Shown here: positions 46,329 to 55,561 of the stretch, in pieces
How positions within the stretch are numbered: the first letter of the stretch is position 1
Layout of the letters: each line of letters starts with the position of its first letter
NCBI GenBank assembly: GCA_050294405.1
Contig: JBNKOC010000011.1
Span: 1 to 64,000 of the forward strand
Source: Fibrobacteria bacterium
Lineage (GTDB): Bacteria; Fibrobacterota; Fibrobacteria; UBA11236; JADFYW01
Direction of reading: 5' to 3'
Length of the DNA: 64,000 bases
Position numbers and translations under genes: made by a program
Notes under the pieces: model-generated
Told to the model about the DNA's origin: nothing
What the model saw: only the letters and a program-made list of their open reading frames with translations
Databases searched by the model: none

Positions 46329-48071
46329 ATGAAAAAGAACTTAAATTCAATTGTGAATTTTAGTTGGCTTGGTAAAATTGGCTGCTTAACTATGCTTATG
46401 ATATTGGCTTGCCAAACAATTATTTACAGCCAGGAACCCTGTGAGCTGAGTTTGGAACAATTAAATGCTTCAGACTTTAGATCTTCACTTGTGGTAAATG
46501 GAGAACCTAATCGGCTTGCCAATGGGAATCCAGTGGAACCCTATGCAACTATGGCCAAACCCACTCAAATTGCATTTATGCCTGGCAACAGCCGCGATGT
46601 TTTTTTTAACGAAATTTACAAGGGGACCATTAATAAATGGGATACAGAAAATCAGACAAAGACCACCCTCATCGATCTCGATCTCTATACAACAGGCGAG
46701 AGGGGGCTTACCGGTTTTGCCTTCCACCCGGACTTTGAGGAAAACCATTGGGTATTCGTGGTGTATAATGAGGAAAACAGCCAGTTGAAATTGTCACGTT
46801 TCGAATACGATTTGAACAGTAATAAATTGGTAAACGAAAAAGTGCTTATCCAGCATAACATTAAAACCCCGCTGCACCATTATGGCAACGGGCAACTGGC
46901 CATAACCGACGATGGAGTTTTGTTTATGGGAATCGGTTCGGATGCGGATTACGCGGGCAATAACCTTTACGGCAATAATCTGGATTTAAACGGAGAGGCC
47001 ACAGCGGGAAACACTAATACCATTTCCAGCAGTATCCTGCGCATCGTTCCGGACTCTTCCGAGCGGGGGTATTCTATCCCCGAGGGTAATTTCGGAGAAT
47101 ATTTCGAAAATTATTTCAGGGATCAGGGAAATGACGCCCTTGCTGACGAATACCAAACAAAAGTTAAGCCTGAAATTTTCGCCAAGGGTATCCGCACAAA
47201 CTTTTCCGCAACGGTTCATCCCATTAAAGGATGGCTCGCCTGGGGCGAAGTAAATACCGACAACAGATGGGATGAATACAATATTGTGAATAAACCTATG
47301 TATAGCGGGTATCCCTATTTTCACTCGGATAATGTGCCCCTGGGAGGAACCAATCCCAATCAAAACGCTAATCCCAATGAGCCCATCCCCAACAACAGCC
47401 AATACAACACCGGAGTCAGTATGTTACCTCCAGCTCAGGCACAAACATTGCCTCCTCTGGCAGCTGGAGTCACCACTTCCGCAACTGCCGGCGATATTTA
47501 TAATTTTGACAGCCACAATGGTGATGGACGTTTTCCCAAGGCTTTTGATCAACACTTTTTGATGTTTGACTTTGAGAAAACCCAGCCCCATATGTTTGCC
47601 TCTTTACTGGAAGAAGACGGGGATGATATCAAGGTGGGAGAACAAAAAGATCTTTCCCGTTTTCTGGACAATGTATTTATGCGCTACACCCTGGATGCCG
47701 AATTTTCTCCTGACGGCGAGCTTTTTATACTCAATGTGGGGGATAGGGGTTATGAAGACTGCAGGCAATGCGGCTCCATTGATAAAGTGGTTTACACCGG
47801 AGCCCAGTGCCCTCAAACGGTATCCGTAGCCAAAAAGGTTGATAAAAAGTTTTTTCGGCGAACAGGGAATTTGCTGCTGTCTCTTTCTGCAAAAGCTCTC
47901 CGCGTGGAGTTTTACACTATGGGTGGAAAATTGATTTTCGAAACAACATTAAGCCCAAATAGTAAGCTTGAACTCAACAAGGTCATTCCTGTAGGTTCAG
48001 GCGAAATGTTAATAATGAAAATCGGCCATTCTGGGAACTTTATCAGCCAAAAAATCCTGCGCATCCATTAA
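46329..48071 (+). CDS. Secreted PQQ-dependent sugar dehydrogenase (GSDH)-like propeller protein
   Basis: GERGLTGFAFHPDFEENHWVF, ILRIVPD, PEIFAKGIRTNF, FSPDGELF motifs; C-terminal YTMGGKLI tail. Confidence 0.85.
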   Translation: MKKNLNSIVNFSWLGKIGCLTMLMILACQTIIYSQEPCELSLEQLNASDFRSSLVVNGEPNRLANGNPVEPYATMAKPTQIAFMPGNSRDVFFNEIYKGTINKWDTENQTKTTLIDLDLYTTGERGLTGFAFHPDFEENHWVFVVYNEENSQLKLSRFEYDLNSNKLVNEKVLIQHNIKTPLHHYGNGQLAITDDGVLFMGIGSDADYAGNNLYGNNLDLNGEATAGNTNTISSSILRIVPDSSERGYSIPEGNFGEYFENYFRDQGNDALADEYQTKVKPEIFAKGIRTNFSATVHPIKGWLAWGEVNTDNRWDEYNIVNKPMYSGYPYFHSDNVPLGGTNPNQNANPNEPIPNNSQYNTGVSMLPPAQAQTLPPLAAGVTTSATAGDIYNFDSHNGDGRFPKAFDQHFLMFDFEKTQPHMFASLLEEDGDDIKVGEQKDLSRFLDNVFMRYTLDAEFSPDGELFILNVGDRGYEDCRQCGSIDKVVYTGAQCPQTVSVAKKVDKKFFRRTGNLLLSLSAKALRVEFYTMGGKLIFETTLSPNSKLELNKVIPVGSGEMLIMKIGHSGNFISQKILRIH

Positions 48072-48111
48072 GGGGGCAAAGACAGAATTTGTTTAATTAC
48101 AAGGAATTAAC

Positions 48112-49296
48112 ATGAAGCGATTACACTCTGAAAATAGATTTTTTCGTATTTTTTTACGGAATCCCGGGCATTTAACCGGGCTTTTAATACTCATTTTGTC
48201 TGTATGCTCTTTCGCGCAGGACGAATACGAGTGGGTCCAACTCTTTAACGGGGAAGACCTGGACGGCTGGGATTTTAAAATAACGGGCCAACAGCTAAAT
48301 GTGGATCCCCGCAATACATTAAAAATATCTGATGGAATATTACATGTGGATTACAGCGATTATTCCGGATTTAGTGGCGAGTTCGGTCATTTCGCCCGTG
48401 ATGAGGTCTACTCCCATTATATCTATGCTGTGGAAACCCGTTTTATAGGAGAGCAAACTCCCGGCGGACCTAATTGGGCTTTTCGCAATAACGGAATTAT
48501 GATCCATTCCCAGTCTATGGAGAGCATGAATATAAATCAGGATTTTCCAACCTCTGTAGAAGCTCAAATAATACAACGGGGAAGCGACGCCCAACCAGTT
48601 GCGGCCTTAAACTTGTGCAATGGCTCTTCTGGCACCACCGCCGCCGAAAGGGCTAATTGCGGAGGGTCCGATGCTTCTGTTCCTCTCACAGATAAAGACG
48701 ATTGGTTCAGGGCGGAAGTTTTAGTCCTGGCGGATTCCGTAGCTAAGTTTATTTTAAACGGCGATACCGTGGGAGTATTTACCCAGTTTAAATTATCAAA
48801 TGGGGGAGCTCCTTTAGGGGAAGGCCGAATTGCCCTCCAGATGGAATCCCATCCCACAGACTTCCGCAAAATCGAAATGGTCAATTTAAAAGGATGTATG
48901 GATGAAACTGCCATCAATTACAAAGACTATTTTCTGGCGGACGATCCTGAATCTTGTGAATACGGTAAGGCGGGATGTACAGATAGTAGTTACCTCGAAT
49001 ACGACAGTACGGCAACGGTTTCAGATCCGGAAGCCTGCGAAAATTTATCAACTTTGGAACACCGGCAATTTAAAAGGGTCTATTTTAACTCAACTAATAT
49101 TTCATTGGAGGTACCGCTTGAAGGAAAACATCAATTAATGGTACATGATGTAAATGGTTCCACAGTTTATGAAACAAATGGGGTAGGGCCACAAACCTAT
49201 TTCCTTCGACCAATTTTGCCCAATGGAATTCATTTTATCGTACTGGAATGGCAAGGGTATCGAATCACTCAAAAAGCCCTGGGTTTGAACCAATAG
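48112..49296 (+). CDS. Secreted DUF1080 (3-keto-disaccharide hydrolase-like) protein
   Basis: WVQLFNGEDLDGW, RNNGIMIH, GRIALQMESHPTDFRKI; two GCxD repeats; HDVNG...NGIHFI tail. Confidence 0.88.
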   Translation: MKRLHSENRFFRIFLRNPGHLTGLLILILSVCSFAQDEYEWVQLFNGEDLDGWDFKITGQQLNVDPRNTLKISDGILHVDYSDYSGFSGEFGHFARDEVYSHYIYAVETRFIGEQTPGGPNWAFRNNGIMIHSQSMESMNINQDFPTSVEAQIIQRGSDAQPVAALNLCNGSSGTTAAERANCGGSDASVPLTDKDDWFRAEVLVLADSVAKFILNGDTVGVFTQFKLSNGGAPLGEGRIALQMESHPTDFRKIEMVNLKGCMDETAINYKDYFLADDPESCEYGKAGCTDSSYLEYDSTATVSDPEACENLSTLEHRQFKRVYFNSTNISLEVPLEGKHQLMVHDVNGSTVYETNGVGPQTYFLRPILPNGIHFIVLEWQGYRITQKALGLNQ

Positions 49297-49422
49297 GCCT
49301 TTCCAGACATAGGTAGCGGAAGTTTGTGGGTTATGAGTTTATGTTGTTTTATTCATAAACTCAAAATTCTCTAATACCTTGGTCCCCATAACTAAGGAAA
49401 AATCGTAAAGAAAAAAGCCAGT

Positions 49423-49593
49423 TGTCGATTTTTTTTACAGTTAATAATTTGGAACTTTTAGTTACTTGAGGATATATGAATTTAATCACTGATACATTAC
49501 TTTCCATTGTAAAAATAAATGCTTAAATTTTTACAGAATCGTTGTTTTTCCTACTTTTATTCTTTAAGTTTTTTTCTTGGCATAGGCCTTGCT
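49423..49593 (+). promoter_or_regulatory. Sigma54 promoter with upstream enhancer-like sites
   Basis: TGGCAT-AGGCC-TTGCT (49578-49593) has -24/-12 spacing; TGTCGATTTTTTTTACA (49423-49439); TGTAAAAAT...ATTTTTACA (49508-49535). Confidence 0.75.
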
Positions 49594-49622
49594 CTATAAG
49601 GCTATGTCAATAAGGAGTAGAT

Positions 49623-50330
49623 ATGATTAGAATGTTAAATAAAATTAAATTGGCTTTGGTCCTGGCAGCAGCATCTGCCTATACATTGCCTTACCTTCAG
49701 CTGGATATTGTAGGCGGCTATTATGATGACCACCAAGAAACAATGGAAACTGCCAGTGAAACTTTTACTTTAATTGCGCTGTTAAATACAACTCATCCAG
49801 AAGTTTATAACGACAACTTTTACTTGTCTATGGCCATAACTCCCCAAGTGGAAGTGGATCAAAATTTGGGTTCCTTCAGAGTTAATGGGCAAGAAGTTAA
49901 TGCAACTGCAGATATGTTTTATGGGGTTCCTCCGGTTGAAGAAAACCTGGCCAAAGACCCCGGTGATATGTCCAGACATGGTATTTTCCCAACTTACTTC
50001 TTTGAGTACCAATTCAATTTCAACGTTGCCAACACTACTTCAGCCTATAATGTACCCGATGATCCAGGTAGGGGGTTAGTGGGAACCGGCGATTTATTTT
50101 ATTATGAATTCGCGATTAATGTATCCAATTTGGCAGATGGCTACGGGCTTCATTTCGATCTTTATAACGAAAAATTTAGAGAGGGCGGCGACATTGATCT
50201 TTATAAGGTTGCCCCTTATTCACACGATGCTGAATTCGATCCTGACGCGGTGCCTGAACCTGCCACCATGGGTCTTCTTGGATTGGGTCTTGCCGGCTTT
50301 GGCTTTTTCAGAAGACGCAAAAAAGCTTAA
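49623..50330 (+). CDS. PEP-CTERM surface protein (choice-of-anchor N-like)
   Basis: Signal peptide; C-terminal VPEPATMGLLGLGLAGFGFFRRRKKA; AAGGAG SD. Confidence 0.93.
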   Translation: MIRMLNKIKLALVLAAASAYTLPYLQLDIVGGYYDDHQETMETASETFTLIALLNTTHPEVYNDNFYLSMAITPQVEVDQNLGSFRVNGQEVNATADMFYGVPPVEENLAKDPGDMSRHGIFPTYFFEYQFNFNVANTTSAYNVPDDPGRGLVGTGDLFYYEFAINVSNLADGYGLHFDLYNEKFREGGDIDLYKVAPYSHDAEFDPDAVPEPATMGLLGLGLAGFGFFRRRKKA

Positions 50331-50361
50331 TAGATACATATCTATATAGGACTTAAAATTG

Positions 50362-50391
50362 AAAAAGCCTCCCATAAGGGAGGCTTTTTTT
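50362..50391. terminator. Bidirectional intrinsic terminator
   Basis: AAAAAGCCTCCC-ataa-GGGAGGCTTTTT between the convergent PEP-CTERM gene and ruvB. Confidence 0.88.
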
Positions 50392-50428
50392 GCTGCATAA
50401 AAAAAACGAACGGGCCTGAGTAAAACTT

Positions 50429-51469
50429 TTAAAACAAATTAGCTTGTAAATCCCCGTTTGCAGGCGGAGCTACTTCCAAATGTTGGTAGGCCCTAAGAGT
50501 GGGCACACGGCCGCGGGGCGTTCGTTTTAAAAGTCCCAGTTGAATAAGAAAAGGTTCGTAGACTTCTTCAATAGTTTCCACCTCTTCGCCCACAGCAGCG
50601 CCCAAAGTATTTAAACCCACCGGACGGCCCTCAAATTTATGGATAAGGGTTTTTAAAATGTTGAGATCCATTTCATCCAGGCCCAGGCTATCGATGCCTA
50701 ACATTTCCAGAGTTTTTATGGCGATTTTTTGGGTGATAGTGCCATCTCCCTTAACCTGGGCCACATCCCGGCAACGGCGCAAAATTCGGTTGGCGATTCG
50801 GGGAGTTCCCCGGCAGCGGGAAGCCAATGTATCCAAAGCCTCCTCTTCTATGTTTGTATTTAATATGGATGCGGAGCGCTTAATAATTTTGCTCAAATCA
50901 TTTTGCTGGTAATTGTCCAGGCGAAAATTAAGCCCAAATCGGTCCCGTAGGGGAGAGGTTAACATACCGCTTCTGGTGGTAGCCCCCACAAGGGTGAAGC
51001 GTTTTAAATCCAGACGAATGGAGCGGGCGGAGGGGCCCGATTCCAGCATAATATCAATTTTAAAATCCTCCATAGCGGGGTAGAGGTACTCCTCCACTAC
51101 GCCGCGCAAGCGATGTATCTCATCAATAAACAACACATCCCGGGGCCCAAGGTTCGTCAAAAGCGAGGCTAAATCCGAAGGCTTTTCTAATGTGGGCCCA
51201 GAGGTTACGGTTAAATTACTGCCCATATGCTTGGCGATAATATTGGCCAAGGTGGTTTTACCCAAACCCGGAGGCCCGGAAAACAATACATGGTCTAAGG
51301 CCTCGGCGCGTTGGTTAGCGGCATCCAGATAAATATTGAGGCTTTCTTTTAGCTTTTTTTGCCCCACAAACTCATCCAGGTTTTGCGGGCGCAGGCTTAT
51401 TTCCTGCTCCGCATCATCGCCCAATTGGTCGGGACTGATTACTCTATCTTCTAAATTGTCATCGTACAT
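50429..51469 (-). CDS. ruvB: Holliday junction branch migration helicase RuvB
   Basis: [46 protein letters not shown]. Confidence 0.98.
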   Translation of the reverse strand: MYDDNLEDRVISPDQLGDDAEQEISLRPQNLDEFVGQKKLKESLNIYLDAANQRAEALDHVLFSGPPGLGKTTLANIIAKHMGSNLTVTSGPTLEKPSDLASLLTNLGPRDVLFIDEIHRLRGVVEEYLYPAMEDFKIDIMLESGPSARSIRLDLKRFTLVGATTRSGMLTSPLRDRFGLNFRLDNYQQNDLSKIIKRSASILNTNIEEEALDTLASRCRGTPRIANRILRRCRDVAQVKGDGTITQKIAIKTLEMLGIDSLGLDEMDLNILKTLIHKFEGRPVGLNTLGAAVGEEVETIEEVYEPFLIQLGLLKRTPRGRVPTLRAYQHLEVAPPANGDLQANLF

Positions 51470-51473
51470 ATTT

Positions 51474-52070
51474 CTAAACTAGCTTTAGAGCTGTGGAAAT
51501 CAACTCCGAAGAAGTGCTGTCGGCTCCCAATTTGTCCACGGCCTTTTGAACAGCCATTTGGGCTTGTTTTTCTTTAACTCCTAAAGCCATCAGAGCCTGT
51601 ATGGCATCGCTCACATTGTCATTTGCTAAAGGAACCGAGGTTCCGGCTGCGCTTGTTTTCCATTCCAACTTGGATAAAGGGCCTTTTAAGCTGGCTATCA
51701 TCACCTCGGCGGTTTTTTTACCAATTCCCTTTAAAGATGTAAGACGCTGGACCTGGCCATTTACTATAAAATCCACCAATTCCTGCGGAGAGACTTCAGA
51801 TAGAATTCGAAGGGCTACTCTGGGGCCTATACCACTTACGCTTATTAGTTTTAAAAATACCTGCCGCTCCGATTCTTCAATAAAACCGAAAAGTTCCAGG
51901 GCATCCTCCCTTACATTCAGATAGGTGTTGATGCGTTGCGTGGACTCGCCAATTTCAAGGGCGGCCGAAGTGCGCAAAGACACATCCACTCCATAACCCA
52001 CTCCGCCCACATCTAAAACCAGATGGGTGGCGCTTTTAGAAATGATTTTGCCCTGTAAACTTTCAATCAT
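51474..52070 (-). CDS. ruvA: Holliday junction binding protein RuvA
   Basis: [35 protein letters not shown] HhH motifs. Confidence 0.97.
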   Translation of the reverse strand: MIESLQGKIISKSATHLVLDVGGVGYGVDVSLRTSAALEIGESTQRINTYLNVREDALELFGFIEESERQVFLKLISVSGIGPRVALRILSEVSPQELVDFIVNGQVQRLTSLKGIGKKTAEVMIASLKGPLSKLEWKTSAAGTSVPLANDNVSDAIQALMALGVKEKQAQMAVQKAVDKLGADSTSSELISTALKLV

Positions 52071-52121
52071 GGCCTAAAATGTAATTTGTTTTACGGGGTA
52101 TGGGCGTGGGCACCCTTGCTT

Positions 52122-52598
52122 TTATCTTGCTCCTTGACGGAGAAGATGGCAGTAGGCTACTGCCAGAGCATCTGCCGCATCAGACGGTTTGGGAGCTTCT
52201 TTAAGCATTAAAACCTTTTGGACCATTTTACTCACCTGACTTTTGCTGGCGCTTCCCAATCCCACCACAGACTTTTTTACTACCCTGGCTTCGTACTCGA
52301 ACACTGGAACCTTTTCATTAAAAGCGGCCGTCATAAGGCAACCTCTAACATGTCCCAATATCAAGGCGGCGTTGGGGTACTCAGCCACAAATGCTTTTTC
52401 CAGTGAAAGGGCATCTGGCTGGTACTGCTGTAAAAGGCGGCTTATTTTACTGTAAATTTCTCCCAGCCTATCCGGTAGGGGAGTCTTTGGTTTTAAACGC
52501 ACCACCCCGTATTCCAGTACCCGAATTCGCTGCTGGTGCCAGCGCAAAAAAGCGTAACCAGTGACATTGGATCCCGGATCTATGCCAACTACAATCAA
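52122..52598 (-). CDS. ruvC: Crossover junction endodeoxyribonuclease RuvC
   Basis: GIDPG, VKKSVVG.G.ASKSQV, DAADALAVA.CH. Confidence 0.96.
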   Translation of the reverse strand: MIVVGIDPGSNVTGYAFLRWHQQRIRVLEYGVVRLKPKTPLPDRLGEIYSKISRLLQQYQPDALSLEKAFVAEYPNAALILGHVRGCLMTAAFNEKVPVFEYEARVVKKSVVGLGSASKSQVSKMVQKVLMLKEAPKPSDAADALAVAYCHLLRQGAR

Positions 52599-52718
52599 AA
52601 AATGGTCCTTTCGCCCTTATGCTTCGTTATGCTCATCCTCCACATCCTCACTTATAGGAAATAAGCTCCGGTGTGTCGACTTCCCACGTCTCGCCTAAGG
52701 CCAAAATGCCTCATTTTT
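52598..52718. repeat. MITE/REP-like hairpin element with imperfect terminal inverted repeats
   Basis: Left end AAAAATGGTCCTTTCGCCCTTATGC resembles the reverse complement of the right end (AAAAATGAGGCATTTTGGCCTTAGGC). Central CTTAT-aggaa-ATAAG hairpin. Single copy in this window. Confidence 0.5.
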
Positions 52719-52745
52719 AACAGACGCTTTTGCCTGACAGAAAAA

Positions 52746-53489
52746 TTATTCCTCTTCCAGATCCGCATCGGAAAATTCGGCGTTGGTGGACACGTTTTGC
52801 ACGTCGTCATTTTCGTCCAAAGCATCTAAAAGTTTAAGAGCGGATTTGGCCACATCGCCGGTTACCTGGGTTTTGGTGTCTGCAATCTTGGTGACTTCGC
52901 TGGAACTTGGAGTTAAATTATTTTTTTCAAGAACTTCCATAACTTCTTGAAAATCATTAGGTTCCATTGAAAGTTCGTATTCTTCTTCGCCGGTTTGGAT
53001 ATCTTCTACACCAGCATCAATAACTAGCTCCATCAGTTTTTCTTCATCAATTAATTCCTTGGGAATAGTGATTATTCCCTTGGATTTGAACATCCAGGCC
53101 ACCGAACCGGTTTCGCCCATGTTGCCCCCGTGCCTTGAAAAAATGTGCCGGATATCGGCTACTGTGCGAACCTTGTTGTCTGTTAGGCAATCCACCATAA
53201 TGGAAATGCCCCCTGGCCCATAGCCCTCGTAGGTGGGTTCGGTGTAATTTACATCGCTGAGTTCATTGGCGCCTTTGGCAATGGCTGTGTCGATGTTTTT
53301 GTTGGGCATGTTGGCAGCTTTGGCTTTGAGTACTGCGGTGCGCAAGCGTGGGTTGGCCTCCTGGTCTGATCCGCCCATCTTAGCCGCCACGGTGATTTCG
53401 CGGATTAGGCGGTTGAATACCTTAGCTCTGGCTGAATCGATTTTAGCTTTTTTGCGTTTGGTGGTAGCCCACTTGGAATGCCCTGACAT
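52746..53489 (-). CDS. yebC: YebC/PmpR-family protein
   Basis: MSGHSKW, NPRLR, YEGYGPGG, TDN..RT, DDVQNV; upstream of ruvCAB. Confidence 0.96.
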   Translation of the reverse strand: MSGHSKWATTKRKKAKIDSARAKVFNRLIREITVAAKMGGSDQEANPRLRTAVLKAKAANMPNKNIDTAIAKGANELSDVNYTEPTYEGYGPGGISIMVDCLTDNKVRTVADIRHIFSRHGGNMGETGSVAWMFKSKGIITIPKELIDEEKLMELVIDAGVEDIQTGEEEYELSMEPNDFQEVMEVLEKNNLTPSSSEVTKIADTKTQVTGDVAKSALKLLDALDENDDVQNVSTNAEFSDADLEEE

Positions 53490-53731
53490 AGATAAAAACC
53501 CTCGAAAAGTGAATCGTAAAATTGGAAATATAAATTATGAAATTCGGATGGATATATAAATAAGTTAGCCTGTTTTTGACAAATTCTCAGGCTAATTTCC
53601 CTTTATTTTTGCCTGCCTAAATTTGATTGGTCCCTCTATAGCCCCTGTGTTTTTATCTTCCTGCAAGTGGTCAGTGGAATAAAATTTTTTTTTGTGAATT
53701 CAAATCAATTCAAATTGATAGGGCTCATAAT

Positions 53732-53846
53732 GCCCACCGGAAAAGTCTGCAGAATTCTCAGATCGGGTTAAAGATGCAAGTTGAAAATGAAGCTAAGATT
53801 TAAGCAGCTTTAAAGGTTCTTCGAATTGCAGCCTTCATGGCTGGGG
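53732..53846. repeat. ~116-bp imperfect hairpin repeat, copy A
   Basis: CCCACCGGAAAAGTCTGCAGAATTCTCAG...GCAGCTTTAAAGGTTC...GCAGCCTTC...TGGGG; aligns end to end with copies B and C. Confidence 0.9.
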
Positions 53847-53848
53847 GA

Positions 53849-54475
53849 TTAATCCTTATTGCCGTTTGAAAGTGAGAAATCATCGTTTGTGTATAGGCCG
53901 ACTTTTTCACTTTTTTGAATAACATTCTTTGCAAAATCCCAAAGTTCTTTGGAGGCATCTTCAATGTGCTTCTTTTTTTCAATTACCTGCGACGTTTTTA
54001 CTTTGTGTTCGAAATATTTTTTGTTTTGAGTTAATAAATGATTCATTAGGGGTTGAAGTGAATCAATTGACCGAGCGTATTTCGCTTTGGGTGAGACCAT
54101 TTCTTCGAATTCTTCCCATAAATGAAGCAGTTCATTTCCAATAATTTCAGGAAGTAAACCAAAAATTCTTTTGGCGGCCTTTGCTTCAAGCACTGCTTTT
54201 GATTTGTTTGACTCATTGTCATAAAGAAATGTGTCTCCAACATCTACTTCCACAATGTCGTGAATAAGGAGCATTTTGATCACTTTAACTAAATCGATTG
54301 TTTTATCATTCGAAAAATCAAAAAGAATTATAGCCATGATTGCAATGTGCCAGGAGTGTTCGGCGCTATTTTCATTTCTTGAATTACCTAGAACCGAGTT
54401 TTGCCGATAGGTAATCTTGAGTTTTTCAATTTCGTTTATAAAATTAACGCATTTCAAAAGTTTTTTCGAAATCAT
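53849..54475 (-). CDS. HD-domain hydrolase (HD_3/YfbR-like)
   Basis: EKLK...R...ENSAEHSWH, MLLIHDIVE..VGD, LWEEFE. Confidence 0.9.
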   Translation of the reverse strand: MISKKLLKCVNFINEIEKLKITYRQNSVLGNSRNENSAEHSWHIAIMAIILFDFSNDKTIDLVKVIKMLLIHDIVEVDVGDTFLYDNESNKSKAVLEAKAAKRIFGLLPEIIGNELLHLWEEFEEMVSPKAKYARSIDSLQPLMNHLLTQNKKYFEHKVKTSQVIEKKKHIEDASKELWDFAKNVIQKSEKVGLYTNDDFSLSNGNKD

Positions 54476-54596
54476 AAGTTTCCTCTCGAAGCCTCAATAA
54501 AGCATTTTTCTAAACTATCGACAAACAATGGTGTTTGTGGATATAAACTTTCCCAGTCTTGATCCATAAAAAAATTACCAAGGAATCCTTTGTGTC

Positions 54597-54712
54597 ATCC
54601 ACCCGAAAAGTCTGCAGAATTCTCAGAACTGGTTAAAGCTGCATAGTGAAAATGAAATTAAGATTTAAGCAGCTTTAAAGGTTCCTCTAATTTGCAGTCT
54701 TTTTGGATGGGA
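54597..54712. repeat. ~116-bp imperfect hairpin repeat, copy B
   Basis: About 19 differences from copy A over 116 positions by manual alignment; same orientation. Confidence 0.9.
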
Positions 54713-54871
54713 AGGGAAATCTAATTTAGGGAAGCCCCTCAGCAACCTTGATTTATTTTTACCCGTTTATCGTTTAAAAACATTTATTCCCTAAAATAGA
54801 ACTTCGCTCCTGGGTCTATTAAAAGTAAATTTCGGTGGAGAAGAAATTGGCCACCCTTACAGGAGACAGTC

Positions 54872-55333
54872 ATGAATAAAGTGACACCTTTTCTCATGTT
54901 CAACGATCAACTCGAAGCGGCGATAAAATTCTACACCTCAACCTTTCCGAACTCCAAAGTACGCAATGTTGCCCGCTCAGGCAAGGATGGTCCTATCAAC
55001 TCCGCAGAGTTCGTTGTTGGCGGTCAGGTCTTCATGGGGTACAATGGAGGGCCGTACTTCAGTTTCTCTGAGGGGGTCTCGTTTTACGTGGACTGCGCAG
55101 ACCAAGATGAAGTGGATGAATACTGGGACAAATTCTTGAAGGCAGGAGCGAATCCCACGCAATGTGGATGGATCAAAGATCCCTTTGGGCTCTCCTGGCA
55201 AATTGTCCCGAGACGATTCACCGAGTTGATCGCTGACAAAGACTCCAGGAAGGTGAAGGCCGTGATGGAAGCCATGATGACCATGGTGAAGCTAGACGTC
55301 GCTGAACTGGAGAAGGCCTACAATGAGGCTTAA
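54872..55333 (+). CDS. VOC/PhnB-family (3-demethylubiquinone-9 3-methyltransferase-like) protein
   Basis: KVTPFLMF, NGGPYF.FSEGVSF.V.C, CGWIKDPFGLSWQIVP; AGGAG SD. Confidence 0.92.
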   Translation: MNKVTPFLMFNDQLEAAIKFYTSTFPNSKVRNVARSGKDGPINSAEFVVGGQVFMGYNGGPYFSFSEGVSFYVDCADQDEVDEYWDKFLKAGANPTQCGWIKDPFGLSWQIVPRRFTELIADKDSRKVKAVMEAMMTMVKLDVAELEKAYNEA

Positions 55334-55384
55334 CTGTAATCTTTTATAACCTTTTGTGCCTTCCCATCCCAAAAATTTAAGAAA

Positions 55385-55500
55385 CCCCACCCGAAAAGCC
55401 TACAGAATTCTCAAAACTGGTTAAACCTGCATGGTGAAGTGGAGTTTAGGATTTATGCAGCTTTAAAGGTTCCTCGAATTTGCAGCCTTCCCGGGTGGGG
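55385..55500. repeat. ~116-bp imperfect hairpin repeat, copy C
   Basis: Closed by the perfect stem CCCCACCCG...CGGGTGGGG; aligns with copies A and B. Confidence 0.9.
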
Positions 55501-55561
55501 AAATCAGGCTGGAAGAAAACTGTTAGAGGTCTCAGTTTATGTTTGCGTGGTATAGGGCTAA

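Noticed and set aside
49334..49363. 10-bp stem TGAGTTTATG...CATAAACTCA after the DUF1080 gene
   Set aside because: AT-rich stem with no U-tract on either strand; not enough to call a terminator.
53565..53595. TTAGCCTG-N15-CAGGCTAA inverted repeat upstream of yebC
   Set aside because: Single 8-bp stem with no second copy or clear terminator context; it could be regulatory but is unsupported.
53732..55500. Three repeats as a CRISPR array or classical integron attC sites
   Set aside because: Units are ~116 bp and 670-750 bp apart, with no cas or intI gene. They lack RYYYAAC...GTTRRRY ends, and the intervening genes are in mixed orientation.
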